From Selaginella moellendorffii (lineage: Eukaryota > Plantae > Lycopodiophyta): a stretch of 64,000 nt of DNA. The notes under the pieces were generated by a model. That model was not told the DNA's origin. It worked only from the letters and a program-made list of their open reading frames with translations, and made no database searches. Position 1 is the stretch's first letter. Each line of letters starts with the position of its first letter. The stretch spans positions 74,708 through 138,707 of the forward strand of contig NW_003314365.1 of assembly GCF_000143415.4 (NCBI RefSeq). The letters run 5' to 3'. Of the stretch, positions 35,335-49,800 are shown piece by piece. Position numbers and translations under genes: made by a program.

Positions 35335-38300
35335 CGATGTGTCAAATGCAGTGCTTCGCATAAGCTTGTGGGTGTGACTAGGCTAGTGGAGTCATGTTTT
35401 AAAGCTTCTCCTTGTCCCTTACGATGCTCGCAGTGGCTTAACGTACCCATGAGCAGTTGAGGGACTTCTTCGAACCTCACAGATCCTTGTGTTGTATCAT
35501 CGCCTCACTTGCCATGCTTCTTCTCTTGTCAGCCATCAGCTATGCAGAGTCTAAACCTGCAAGCAGCTCTTGAGGAATTGTTTGCTCTCACCTGATGCTC
35601 GATCAAGGCTCTCACAACGTACTCGGGACTTGACTACAGTGGATATCACTGATGCAACAAGCTTTAGGTTCCGAGTCTAAGTTAGTTGCACCAACTCAAA
35701 GATGTTCTGTTTTGTTTCATGGTTTTGAACATGGTTTTTCTATAGGAACAAGCATCAGACTGGAAGCTTTTGGGTGGTGTCTTGATGAATTAAGCTCCCC
35801 GAGGGTTTCATCTTGCGAAGAAGAGAGAAACAACTACCCCCAACCTTCAGCACTCTTGACATTTCCAGATGCCTTGCAGCTCGAATCTCTTGGGCAGAAC
35901 GCACCGGTGCTCTTGAGGGGGGTGCCTGGATCAAATCAAACTGATGGGAAACATTTGCGTGCCAGCTGAGCGCCATGCCCAGAATTTCAAGAAACGATTC
36001 ATGAAAGTAACAAACACGTTAATAAGCTATTAATGCATAATTTGGACGGGAACCTGTTGGCCGGATATCTGGCTCAAATAAAAACAATTATTGTCAAGGT
36101 CACAGGTTCGAACCCACAGCCAGAGACCCAATTAAATTTTACTTCGCTTGCGCAAGAATTTGCCGGCACCTGGGTCTTTATGGAATTCGCTGGAGTGCTT
36201 GAGCAGCAGCAGCAGCCACGATGATCATGGTCAGTGTGTCGATCTAGCCCAGACTCTTCCTTTTGCTTTAAAGTCATGCTGGAACGCGTCTCAGCATTGC
36301 TCGCTTGAACGCCAACAGGTTTGGACGAGGAGAGGAGCTTAAACTTGCAGCCCGCGTGACTCGCAATGCAGCCTTGTCTACGAAAGTATCATTGCATTTC
36401 AGCTAGAGGGGGTGTCCAAGTTTGAATCCACCACTAGCTCCTCCTACATGCTTCGTCAAAATAGCGAATGGCCGAGGACTACTGACGACCTGGATAACGA
36501 TACGCTGCTCCACACTTTCGAGCAGCGTTTGACTGCCGCGCTTGTGCCAACCTCATGTAAGAAAGAGTGGAGCTGAGCGAGAGCGTAGCCTTTCTTCTCG
36601 ACGTGGGTCCTTGCAGAGCATTGTGTTGTATCATTCCACCGCTTGTCATGCTTCTTCTTTGCTCTCACCTGACGCTCGATCAAGGCTCTCACAGGCTGCA
36701 ATGAATAACAAAGGAATCACTGGTGCATCAACCCTCAGGTTCTGAGTCTAATCAGTTGCACCAAATCAGGGATGTGCCTCTCGTGTTTTTGGGAGTGAGT
36801 ATTTAATTTCATGGTCTTGAACATGGCCAGAGGATTTGATCTTGCAAAGAAGAGAGAAACAAATAAATACCCCAACCTCCAGCACTCTTGACATTTCCAG
36901 ATGCCTCTCAACTCTGCTCTTCAAGAGGGTGGTTGGATCAAATCAAACTTGCTCATTTTCCAGAAACTTTTCTTGTTCCGAGAAACAAATTTTGCTCCAA
37001 AAAAAATCCTGGAACCAAGAAGAGAGGCTTGGAAACTTCGCGCGACCTTGCCCACGTGATTGATACGGAACAAGAAATCAGCACGCGTGCCATTCACTCA
37101 AAATCAAGAACAAGCGAAACACTTTAACAGGCTATTAATGTTTAATTTGGACGGGAACCTGTTGGCCAGATAATAAAGAAATTTATTGGCAAGGTCACAG
37201 GTTCGAATCCACAGCCAGAGAACCACCTAAAAACACTTTTTTCAAGTGTAGGCGACGATATTGGAATTTCCTTGTTTCTCCCTCCCGCAGGCTCGAGAGA
37301 CAAAAAAGACAGTGGTCGATCTAGCCCAGAGAGAAAGGATCCTGGAATGTGTCTCTCGCTTGGAACGATAATAGATTTGGAGGAGGAACTTGCGCCTCGC
37401 GTGACTCGCAATGCAGCCTCGTTACGATCGCACACTCTGCAAGCTGGAACGCGAGCGATTGAGCGGAGCAGAGACAGGACACGACCCTGGACATCGGTTT
37501 ACCGATGCCCAAGAGTTTTGGCAACCTTCGAATGGCTGTGAGTCATGATCTCCAGCCCAGAGGACAGGTCCAACTAGCATCGGACTTTTCCCCACTCTTT
37601 CATTTTCCAGCGCTGAAATTTGGCTCGACACTGGCCTCGTCTAGCTTCCCAGATCTCCCCAGCAGATCCACCAAGCATCTTAAATGTTCCATGATCGTGG
37701 ACATGCTGTAGTCTTGGGCTATGGACGACAAGTAGTTCTCATCCCGAGATGACTGCAGGCAGAAGAGCTCGCTCTGATCACAAGATGCAAAGGAGGGAGA
37801 AGCGTTGCAAATTTTTTTGATTGGGCTGTGGATTCGAACCTGTGACCTTGCCAATATATTTGTTTATTCTAGCCAGATATCCGGCCATCAGGTTCCCGTC
37901 CAAATCGGACACTAATTGCTTCTTAACGTATATCATACCTTCACCATAACGGCGCAAGCTCTCGCTCATTTCTAAGCATCCTTTCTAAACCTGTGGGAAC
38001 GTTTTATAAGGCTGTCATCCTTTCTGCAGTTGTCAAGCTCAAACCATTATGGAATGAAGATTTCATGGCTTGTTTGAGCATTGAAGATTAAATTGATCCA
38101 GGCACGCTCTTGATTAGCAGCAAAGTTAAGAGTACAAGGCTGGAGGTACTTCTCTGTTCTTTCAAATCCTGGGGAGCTTGAGATTTCATCAAGGGGCTTT
38201 CTTGTCGTGTTCTATCCAAGTTTGATGCTTGTTCCTAGCAGCAACAAGAAAAAATCCATGAAATTTCAAGTCACACCCTGTGTGAAGAAGAGGGGGCAAT

Positions 38301-41298
38301 GCATGGAAAGTACTCGAGGCCAAAAGGTGGCTGTCCACAACAAGAGTATTTAGAGCAAAAAGGGCGAAAGATGAACTGTGGGAAAGCAATGCTTTCACTA
38401 CAACGTATATCCCTTGTGCCCTGCTGATCAATCCAAAAGCCACAACGCTGGTGGTAGTGCAGCAGCTCCTCCGTCCCGCGTTTAAATTCTACAAGCTCTT
38501 GCCAGGTGCAAGGTTCCATGGCCGTTTGCGACAAGAGAAATGCTAGTCACGTCTTTCGAACTGGAGCTACCTGAATTGGATGCCGTGGTTGGCTGCTTGC
38601 GAACAGTTAAGCTATCAATCACTGTGCCTCTTTTGTTATTTTATTCACTCCAATGGTGGTGATTTGCCAGGTCCCCCAGGAAGCAGAGACTATCGTCAAG
38701 GAGACCATCCATGGTTTTAATGCTTCTCATTTGCCTCCTCCAAAAGAGGGCGTCATTCGCATGGAAGCCAACGGTCGATTTATCCTCCAGAAGATTAGCG
38801 ACGAGAAATGCTACATAAGGTACGCTATTAGTTTTTTTTTTTTTTTTGTTTTCTTCTTAAGATAGTCACTACTTCTTTTACAGAGCAGTAATACACCTGG
38901 ACCTTAAGCTCGACCTTGTTCCGACATGGGTGATTAACTTCCTTGGGCGTCAAGTTGTGGGACATGGCTTCAGGCTATACCTCAAGGTATATTTCTTTCC
39001 TTTTCGGGTGAAAAATGTCTAAGCTTTGTGTGTTACAACAGACTGTTTCTTCTGTTAAAGAGAGCAAAGTGTTTCAAGAATGCATCAGGCAACAGCCACT
39101 CTACAGCCGCATAACGTTACAGATGCTACCAAAATCGAGCCACGAAAATGGATACAAGAGTTGAGGTGCTTTTCATAAGAACTATTCATAAGCTTCCTGC
39201 ACAAGAGCATTTACATTTATAAACAATTTATAAACAAAGAGGAGCTTGACGCCCACCGATACTCCTGAAAAGTCCGAACTTATTCATGAGACATATGCAA
39301 GGTGGGTTTTATAAGATTTCTGTTGTTTTGCATGTCTAGAAAAATCTGCTGCAGTCAAGCTCAAGAAAGAAACCATTCTCTTCTCGATGGAATGAAACTC
39401 TCACTTTCTCCATGCTCTGGCGAGGCCATGGCAAACAAAACGGGTTGGATGGACTCTGGATCTCAATCTGAGCAAGCAGCTGATGCAGAAGCTATTTTTG
39501 AGAAACAAAGTATAAGTATGCTGCAACAAGAACCAGCAACATCCGTTTAAGATATTGTTCTGGAAGATGGCTTGTCTGAGCTCGAGTTTGATTTGATCCA
39601 GGCACCATGGTCCCGGGAATCTATTCTTCACTTGGTTGTCCAAGCTGGAGGTCCATAGGTTTGGATCCTTTCAAATCCTCGGGGCGTGAGACTCTGGAGC
39701 TCCAAGTTTTGATGCCTTCTCTTGGCAATAATATAATATATTGCTCTGAAACCGTGAACGCTTACTCACCCGCAAACAAAACTCCAGGGTTGCACCAGAG
39801 ATCCAATAAACCTGTGAGAGCCTTGACCAAGCTCAAACTCAATCAGCTCAGAGCAAGCTTTCTCAAAAGTTTCCAAAGAGCAGATGGCATAACACAAAAA
39901 ACGTATACCAGGTCACCAACTCATCTCATCACAAGTTGCGTTGTGGTCACTCCACGCCTTGGATGTTGATGAACTACAGGCCTCCATTTTATCTTGGAAA
40001 ATGCTCGAGGCCAAAGGGTGGCGAAGATGAGGAATGAAGCGATCTGGACTGGACAAGAGTATAAACAAAATGAGCACGAGAAGAACCATATATACCGCGG
40101 AAAAGCAGTGCTTGTGCTTGTGAGCCTAGTTTGAAGATGTCTGAGACTGAGAAGAAAGACCATGCTGCTCGACTCATAGAGCACGCCCGGCAGCAGCACA
40201 CCGCCCGGGTAAAGAGCCCCCTGGATCGAAAATGTGCAGCAGTAGCGTATAATGGCAATGGCGGTGGTTTTCCATGGCATCGTTCTTGAGCCTTGACGAG
40301 GAGGTGCCATCCAGCGAAGATTTGCAGGAAGGAGGAGCGATCTCCAGCGGTGGGCGCCTGGGCGAGAATGCGGTGAGCACAGATCTGGGAGGGGGAAGGC
40401 GCATCCACGAGGAAAATCGTCTCCAGCGGCCTCGAGGTTCCTTGCTAATCTGGTCATAGAAAGGTATGGAAAGTGCGGGCGCTGGAAATCTTCCAGAAGA
40501 TGAAAGATCGAGGTTCTTTCTCGTGGAAGATTGCGATCGCGGCATTTGCCCTTGTTACTCTTTTTCGAGCATCCAGACAGCAGGGGTATGGCCTCCTCCA
40601 AAGGCCGTGGTTGATTTACCCTCCAGCAGTAGTCTTTCAACCAGGCCTGGAGCGGGCCTTCTGCCAACTTAAGTCGAGGTTCCTGGTGTTTCTCACCATG
40701 TGTTTCTCACCTGGATCTCCGCCACATCGCCATTGATAGCTGCAAGAATTCGATGGACGAGCATTTGCTGGGCAAATGCGTTCCAGAAGAAAACATTTCC
40801 ATCTTCCATTTTGTGGAGGACACCCAAGGCATCTGCGGTGCGCCGGCACTTTCCATACATTTCTATGATGAAATTCGCGAGGAATCTATGACGATCAGAG
40901 CAGCGTCTCCTCCTCGTCGTCAAGAACAATGATGGAACCATTCGTTAACTACAGGTAAGCTTCGTCAAAATAGCAAATGTCGCAAGGACAGCGATAGCAG
41001 AGGTGACGCTGCCACCATTTGGATAACGATACGCTGCTCTGCACTTTTGCTCGCATTCCAACAAGGAAGTTCCTCACCCGAGAAGGGCTTGTCTGCTGCG
41101 CTTGGCTGGATGATCCGGTCTGGCTCAAACCAAGACAAGCCTTCAAACAATACCTCGCAAAGCAAGCATCACAAGCATTGCTTTTGTGATTTAAAGCGGT
41201 ATGTATATACTCTTGTCCAGATTGCTCAAGAACGCAGAAGAGACTGTCTTGAGCTTCATTCCTCACCTTTGCCACCTTTTGATTTTCGCCAAACGATG
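35335..41298. repeat. Host repeat unit 3 (A-type)
   Basis: Offset 35835 from unit 1 over 2354-4720. Private ~300-bp deletion at ~40575. Confidence 0.95.
38653..39164 (+). pseudogene. START/SRPBCC-like 3' gene fragment, copy 3
   Basis: Same exon structure. Confidence 0.7.
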
Positions 41299-42696
41299 TG
41301 AAGAGGTGTGAAAACTCCTCTTCGCTGGAAATCTATTGTTAGTAAGAAAACAAAAGAGAAAAAGGCCCGATCTCCAAGGGTAGAGAAGAAGCATGAGAAA
41401 AAGAATGCGGTGTATTGATAAGAAAAACGATGGAATGGAGATAGGTATTCACAATTCAGATTCCCCCTTTTGAAAGGCTAGCAATTCTAACTGCTAGCAT
41501 ATACTATATGCTGTGCATGATTTAATCTATGGCTCCGATGCAGCCTTGGGTTCAAAGTCGGAGTCCCCTAAGTCTGGGTTTTTGGTTGATACACTCTGCT
41601 CCCCTGACAGAACTAGACACCATCCTCGGTGCGAACATAGTCAGTTTCCATCACTTGTTGCTGCTGCTGCTCAAGTCGATAGAGGCGATGCTTTTCCTGC
41701 GGGAGTGTAAGCTCGTGGTTAGGGACACTGTCTGGTGGATCTGTCCCATCTTCCTGGAGGTCGGCTACCTCAGCTAGCAGGGCGGTATGATCATCCTCGA
41801 GCTTTCAGTAGCGAGTGTTGATCTCTTCGTATTTGAATTTGTAGGTGAATTCGTGAGCTGCTGATGGGGTTGATGGCTGCTTGGAGACGATCTTCCTGAT
41901 GTCCTGGAGGTCAGTGCAGATCTACTTCATCTCTTCGAGCTGAGCATCCAACTAGTGGTTTAAAGGCTCATAGAATTCCTTCTTAATCGCTCCCTGGAGT
42001 CTTGCTTGAGAAGATGCTGTGCAATGTCGGCTCGTGTTGGGAAGTAGTTTGCTTGCTCGCGGTGCATGCATTGATCGAGGGCTTCAAATAACTTGCGGGT
42101 GTAGTAGCTTGGGTCGCAAAGTTTATCTTCGTACTCCTTCCTGATCTCGTCATAATCATGGCGTACTTGACTCTGTGGCTGAGGCATAGCTGCTGCTCCT
42201 ACTCCTGCTCCATGATCCTGGTGTTTCTCGCTGTGTTCTTGGTCCCGGGAGTTGAGTTTGCTTTGTTGGATGTAGGTGACATGGTCGGGCCAGATTCTTT
42301 GAGGTGGTTGGAGATGAGCTTTTCAGTTTGATGGTGGATAAACGGCCCAGATGTGACGCTGAAATTAATTTATCCGTTTGGAAATTTTTCGCTTGGAATT
42401 TTGTTGAAGGGGCAGAATTTTTGTGAATGCTGGTCGTGGTATTTGCTGGAGGAGGCATGGTTGTGTGTTCTTCAAGTGATTGGTGAAGGTAGTCAATGTT
42501 TTCTTTTGTGGAACGTGTCGAGGAGGTCAAGGCGTTGAGAATGTTGTTCTCAGCTGGTGGAGAAATTGAGTTCAGGGCGGGCAGCTGACGTTTTCCTTTG
42601 GCGATATTGATGTGTTTGTGAGAAATTGTTGGTTTTGGGGCTGATTCGAGTGGATGCGGGCTCTGGGGTGAGTGTGGATGGTGGTGTGAGTTATCT

Positions 42697-43520
42697 TCAT
42701 TGTCGCTGATGATGAGGTGCTCTCAGATCAGCGGTGGCGGCGAAGTGGAGTTGAATTGTTGGAGTGTTGTTGCTAGAGCTGGTGTTGTTGGAGTGAGTTG
42801 AGCCTGATTGTTGAGATGTTGGCTTCGGTTTCTTGCTGGGAGTTGCTCCTTCTGATTCTGACTGGTCTTCGGAGCTGTCACTTTGTTCTGTGGAGTTCAT
42901 TTGGGTTGTCCACGGTTGTTTGTTGGGAAGAGCTTGGTGTAGAGCAATCAGCAGTGGGAATATTACTGTCCGCATGGTCTTTTTGTTGAGTGTGGCGAGG
43001 ATGGCGCGGTCGAGAAGCTTGAGAAGGAGCTCATGGAGATGATGAGCCACGTTCACACGTTTGCCGTCAAGTAGAGCTCTGTAGACTTCTACTCTGCACT
43101 TGCCAATGGTGCGATCTATTGGGCGAAGTTCGTAGTAGAGGAGGAGGGCTTTGAGGCGATCCATATGCTGCTCCTCGATGTCCTCCCATGTGAGCTCACC
43201 GGTAATTTCTCGATTGGCCTTGATGATTTGCTGTGGAACTTCTCCTGAAAATTTGAGCAGTCCCTTGTTGGAGATTTTGAAAACGGAGGTGATTCTTGGT
43301 GATTTCGTTGGTGCCGTCGGTTATGGTGCCATTCTTGGGTTGAAGGAGGCGGCCAGCTTCCTTGCTAGTTTTTGATCAGGGTGTGTTGCAAAGGCCTTGT
43401 GGAGGAGCTCGAATCATGGCCCTTGAGCCAGGTGGTTGTGTCGTTGCTGGGAAGCCTAGGAATATGGTGTATGACATATCTGAGGAGCCAGGGTGGATGA
43501 GCTGGCATCTTTCTCTTCAT
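42697..43520 (-). pseudogene. Extra ORF downstream of pol, copy 3 (frameshifted)
   Basis: Homologous to 27315-28121 with small deletions. Confidence 0.5.
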
Positions 43521-43893
43521 TTTCTGTAGTTGAAGTGCTCACACCGTTAGGGTTCTTGAAACTTGTAACTGTTGGTTGGCTGATTGTGTGGCGCTTGATT
43601 GTTGGTGATGAATGGTAGAGATTTGTTGACGGAATTGATGTGGTTTGATTTGGCTTGATTGCAGATCAATGGTGGATATTGCTGATGAAGTTAACTCAAG
43701 TTCAACTATTGATATTTGCTCAGGTGGCGTTGATCCAACAGTAGCTTGGGACTTAGAGATTTTTGCTGCTATTTATTGCTGAAGTTGGTGGATGAGTTCG
43801 TGTTGAGTTGAGTTGAGTTGAGTTGTGTCGAACTGATTTGAGTTAAAGTTTGTCTGCTGGGGTGAGTGTCGATTGTTGGTTTTGGGGTGTTTG

Positions 43894-46800
43894 TCAGTTT
43901 GGGTCGGAAATTTGCTGAGGTGCTGATGCTGAATATGTCGACGTGATATGGTCGAAGCTTGTTGAGGTTGACGATCTCAATGAAGTCTTCAGCAAGTGTG
44001 CTGACTTTGGCGGTGCCGTTGGGGTATAGTTCAATGATTTTGAAAGGTCCTTGCCATTTGGTGTGGAGTTTTCGGCCAAGTTTGCCGATGGGTCCTCAGT
44101 ATCAGAGAACATGATCGTCGACATTGTATTTGGGAATGTTATACCGGGATGCTTGTCAGTCATGCCGAGCTTTTCTCTGTTTTTGGATGGCGTGAAGTGT
44201 CCAGAGGGCGTTGAGTCGGAGTTCGTCGAGATGTTCGAGTTGCTGAAGCCTTTCTCGAACTGCATGTTGCTGTTGCTTTCGCTGTGGCATGTCGGAGAGG
44301 TATTGCTTCGGCCCACTTGGTAGTGTAATCGGTGGTGATGATGATGTACTGATTTTGTTGACGGGTGCTGACTTGGGGTCCGACGAAGTCGAGTCCCCAT
44401 TTTTGAAATGGTGCCATTGGGAATGTTGGGTTGAGTTGTTGAGTCTGAGTTTTTTGGCAGTAATCGGTGTCAATGACATGTGTCGCAGAATTTGTAGAAT
44501 TCTTCAGTGTCATGCCAGAGTGTCGGCCACCAGAGGCCGGCTTGAAGAATCTTCCGAGTTGTGGTGTCAGTGGTGAAGTGTCCGCCGGAAGGTCCATTGT
44601 GAGCTTCCTTGATGATTTGAGTTGTGCTTGGCGGCTTGATGCATCGGTGAAGAATGTTGTCAATTCCTAGTTTGTAGAGCGTGCCTCTGATGACTGAGTA
44701 TCGTCGGGTTTTAGCAACAAAAGTCTTCTTTTGGTCAGACGTAGTGTACTGATCTGGAACTTTTGCTGAGTTCAGGTAACTGAAGACGTCGTCAAGCCAG
44801 GTTGCTGGTATTGAAACTCGGAATAGGTTTGAGTCAGGTAAGTCATCAGTAAGTCTTTCGGGTTTGTTGCCGGTGGTGATCCAGCTGAGATAATCTGCTT
44901 GCTCGTGATTTTTGCTGGGTTTGTGGATGATCTCGAAGTTGTATTCTTGTAGTAAAAAGAACCATCTTAATATTCGACCAGATAGTATTGGCTTGTTGAT
45001 GAGGTAAAAGAGTGCCTTGTGGTTGACAAAAAGGACAACTTTGGTTGACAGTATGTAGTGTCGGAACTTTTGAAGTGAGTAGATCATGCCAAGAGCTTCT
45101 TTCTTGGTGGTGGTGTAATTTCGTTCAGCTGGGTTGAGTAGTCAGCTGGCGTAGTAGATTGGTTGATCTCAGTTGTCGTGTTGAGTTTGGCTGAGAATTG
45201 CACTAGTGACAATGTCGGAAGTGTCGACATGAATGTGGAACTCTTGTGTCCAGTTGGGCTTGGAAAGGATTGATGCTGTTGTTAGTTTGAGTCGGAAATT
45301 GTCGAATGCTTGTTGCTATTCAAACATCCATGTCCATTGGGCATCTTGCTTCAGTCCATTGGTGAGTGGTTTGGCAATGTGAGCGTACTTGTGGATGAAT
45401 CATCGGTGATATCCGACTTTGCCAAGGAAGCGCTGAAGTTCTTTGTCGGGGTTGAGTGCAATGTCTTTGTTCTCCTCACACTTGTTGAGGCATTTCTCCA
45501 GGCATTCAAGATGTTGATCTTCCGAGCTGAAAACGCTGAAGTCATCCATGAAGACTCTCATGAAGTCAGTGAGGTATTCTCGGAAAGTGTTGGTGATGAG
45601 CCTTTGGAAGGTGAATGGGGTGTTGCAGAGTCCAAAAGGCATTCGTCGGTAAGCATAGGCTCCCCATGGACTGATGAATGCTGTCTTGTGCTGATCTTCT
45701 TCGGCAATGTAAATTTGGTTGTAGCCAGAGAAACCATCGAGGAAGGAGTACATCTCGTGTCCAATGACTGCGTCAAGAACTTCGTTGGTAAATGGTATCG
45801 GGAAAACATCTTTTTCAGTGGCGTCGTTGAGCTGTTTATAGTTGACGCAGATTCAAAGTTTGCCATTTTTCTTCGGCACAACCACCAATGGTGAAAGCCA
45901 AATCGGATTCTGAATCAGGTAGATGTACTCGACTTGGAGAAGCTTGTCGAGTTCTTTCTTTACTTGTTCCATCAGATTCAGATTCATCCGGTAGGCTGCT
46001 TGTCTTCTTGGTTTAGAGTCTGGAAGAAGTGTGATGGTGTGAAGGCTGAGTTTTGGCAAAATTCCCTTAAGGTCTCGATAACTCCAAGTGAACAAGTGTT
46101 TCTTCTTTCGGAGAAGATTGATGCCTTTGTCTCGAAAACTTGCCAAGATGTCGGTGGCCGAGTACAATGTAGTGTTCGTTGCCGTCATTGGCAAGGCTGA
46201 ATTTTTTGAGTTTTTGGTCGGCTGGAATTGACGGAATGTAGGCAACTTTGTTGTGGTTGTCGACTGTGAATGCCGGTGGCGCTTCGAGTTTTGTATCTCG
46301 AGTGACTGGATTTTTCAGTGCTGATGTAATCGGGGGTCGTTCTCGTTGGAAGTCGGTGACAATTCGGAAGAGGTCGATCTTGGCCAAAGGTTCGAGATCG
46401 GGGTAGGCTTTGAGAATTTGTTGTTCTTCATAGTCGTCGAGGCCATCTTCGAGATTATATTCTTCCAAGTCAATAGATCAGTTGTGGCTGGACAGCGATT
46501 TGGTCGCTTTTGTCAACACAGTCTTCGGTCCATCTGGTCCGGGAAGGATAAGATTGTCATTGGGCCAATCTTGATAAACTTGGGCAGTTCGGAGCCAAGG
46601 TCGGCCGAGGAGAATCGAGTATTTATCGGTCTGCTTCGGTAGTTTGAGGACGACATAGTTGACTGGTATTTCGACACCTTGAATGGTGGGGTTGACTTTT
46701 CGGATGATGCCTTTGGGTTGAATAGATCGGTGGTCGGCCATTCGGACATTGAAAGGTGCTGGGTGGACTGGGCCGATGTTGAGTTGTTGAACAAGACTTT

Positions 46801-49800
46801 CTTCAATAATATTAACGCTAGAGCCGCCGTCAATTATGGCTCCTCGAACAAGGTGTTTGTCGAGTCGTAGGTCAATTGTCAGAACATCATTGTCACAATC
46901 ACCTGGTTGAATCTTGGTTCGAAATGTGTCAACAGCTGTCTGTGTCGAGTTGAGTGTGGGCGAGTATGTCAAAGTGTTGGTCGGTGCAGATGTTAGATCG
47001 GTGAGCTGTTTGGTGAGGTAGGGTGCAATCTTCAACAGTTGGCCGATGGTGATCTGAATATTTTGGTTGAGGATAGTCTCTGCTACTTCTTGGATTTTGT
47101 CGAAGTTTGCCAAATTGTGTTCTGGTGTCAATGTTGATGTTGGACAATTTGTCTGTCGGTTTTCTGGTACTGAGTCTTGGCATTGTTGTCGAGCTGGTGA
47201 TGGTTGAGCTTCATTGTCGGAGTCTAAAATTACTAATTTGGGTGGTTGTAGAGCGAGTTGCCGTTGTATCTTGGTAGCTAACTTCTGCTTCTTTTCCCAT
47301 TCCCGGAGTTTTGTCAGGCTCTCAGGGCCTTTCTCTTTACTATCTCCGGAATCTCTGTCTGGTTGTTGTTGTTTTTCTGCTCGAATTTGTGCTCGGGTTT
47401 GTACTACCATGACTTGAGGATCTGAGTCATCATTGTCGGCATAAGGTAGTTCGTCGGTCTCGACCATCCTTGTTGTTGGTGGTTGCTGCTGGTTTTGATC
47501 TTGTTGTCGAGGAGGCGGTGGACCAAGTCTCGGCGGACCGCCTTGGTTTTGAAGTCAAGGTTGCCATGCTCGGTTGTTACAGTTGCCTTGGTAGCCATGG
47601 TCTTGATAACCTTGGCCTTGGTATCTTCGGTTTTGGTATCTTGGGTATTGTTGGTATCCTTGGTTGTAGTTGTCTCGGTTTGCTGGGTAGTTCTAGTTCG
47701 GCGGGTGTTGTTGATCGTTGTAGTTGTTGTTGTAGTTGTTGTTGTAATTGTTGTAATTGTTGTAGCGAGGTTGATCATTCCATTGTCGACTCTGGTGTTG
47801 GAAGTTGTTTCTTAGCAATCTCCAGTTTGTTGGAGGTGGTGGCTGGTAATTGTTGAAGTATTGATTTGGATATGGTTTTTGAAATTGCTGTCGGGGATAG
47901 TTCAAGACTTGTCAAACTTCTGGAGAATTTCAAAATCTGCAAGTTTTTGCATCATGACCTTCTTTGGTATAGATCTGGCATTTGGAGATTTGGAGCTTGT
48001 AGTCACTTGCCAGATGTCCTTCGTTCTTGCACTTAGTACACCAAATTCTAGATCGAAATTCTTTGATGTCGGCCTTGGCTTTTCCCTTGAGCTTGTCGAT
48101 TGTTTTCTTGAGTTTCCGAAGTTTTGACTTGGTGCTCTCTCCGAGTTCATCTCGGAGTTGTCGTCGGAACTGCTATCAGAATCTGAGTTATCTGTGTCAT
48201 CTACTTGTTCTGTCATTCGTCGAGCTTGAACATCTTGATGGGCTCTTGTGAGTTCGAGATAAGTGGCAACGTTGATGTGCGTTGCCGCTTCTCAGAGGGA
48301 TCATTGGAGTCCTGCATGTACCATTGGTAAAGTAATGTTTTGGTGGCACTGTTGCCGCATTTGCTGGCATGTTGAGTGAAGGTTTGAGTGTAGTTGTTGA
48401 TGGATTGACCAGAATTCTACTTGAGTTTTTGGATCTTGTGAAGTTGTTGGCTTTGAGTGAGGGAAGACTTGAATTGTTCTACGAGCTTGAGTGCGAGGCC
48501 ATCGAGACTTGTATTTTGAGGAAGCGTTTGAGCCCATTTGTTGGCTCTCTTTCAAAAGGGTACATCAGAAATAGTATGGAAGTTCAGTCGTCTGGCTGTT
48601 GATTCGGATTGCTTCTCGGAACTGTTCAACATGTTTCTTGGCATCTTCTGACTTCAGACCATGAAATAGTGGATAGGAGACATGTCTTCCGACAGGTATG
48701 TTGGCGACGGCGGTAGTGACTACCATGTGCTGTTGGTAGTAATGTTGGTATTGTCGAGGTTGTTTTGTCAGGTTGTCACCATGGAGTCCTAAGGTGATTT
48801 GTAGCAAGGGGTTGTCAGGGTCAATAGCAAAGTTGGTGTAAGAAGAAGGTGGTGAATTGTTGTTGTTATTTAGTGGATTCTTCTCTGTTTTTTCTTCTAT
48901 ATTGGGACTATTTTTGGGTGTGTCATCGACGTCGTCGTCGGTGTCGAGTTGCTTGCCGGTGTTGATTTTTGGAAGATGGTGCTCAAACTTGTTGTCGACA
49001 TATTTGTCAGAGTTATGTTGTCTTGGTTGTGGTTGTTCTTCTAAATTGTCAAAGAGTTCTTCGAATGTATAGTTGTGTGGTGATTGTGGTTGCTATGGAA
49101 GATTGTTGTCGTCGTCGACGATTGGTTTGTCGATCTCGTTGTTGTTGGATGATTGGAGCTGTTCGGCAGTTTGGTGTGAGTTGTTGACGTCGAGTGCTTG
49201 ACTATTGGACAATTCAGGTTGTTCATCTTTACTGCTGTTGACTGAGTATATCGGAGGGCGACTATAATTGGTGAAGTCGAGTTGTTGTCTCGTCAGAGCG
49301 TTGAAGTTGAAAGCGTGTTCGAAAGGTCTTGCTGATAGTGGGCTTCGGTAGATGTTGGAAGCAAATGTGGGATATATTGGTGTTGTGAATATCGGTCAGT
49401 ATGGTGAAAATGGTGCTGGTCTGGTGAAGTCTGTGAAGCTGGGCGGGAAACTTGGTCGTTCGTCATCACTGTAGATGGGGTTGGTGAATGTACCTTTGAA
49501 GTGGTTGTATGCTGCTTGAAAAATGTTTTGTTGCTCGGGCGTAGTCTGTGTCGACTACTCAAATGTTCGGTCGGGCTCAGGCACTTTGGTGGGTGCCGTC
49601 AAGGGTGTTGATTTAGGCTCGGGCACTTTGGTGGGTGCCATTGAGGGTGCTGCCAATGGTGTGTCCGGTGGTGTTGTGTAGTTGTCGTATTCTTCGCAGA
49701 TGTCCAATACTGGTTTGTTGGAGTTAGCTCGCGGTAATAATTTGTGTCGGATGTAATTCTATCTCTTGGAGGGTCTAACAATTTGATTCAACTTCTCTTA

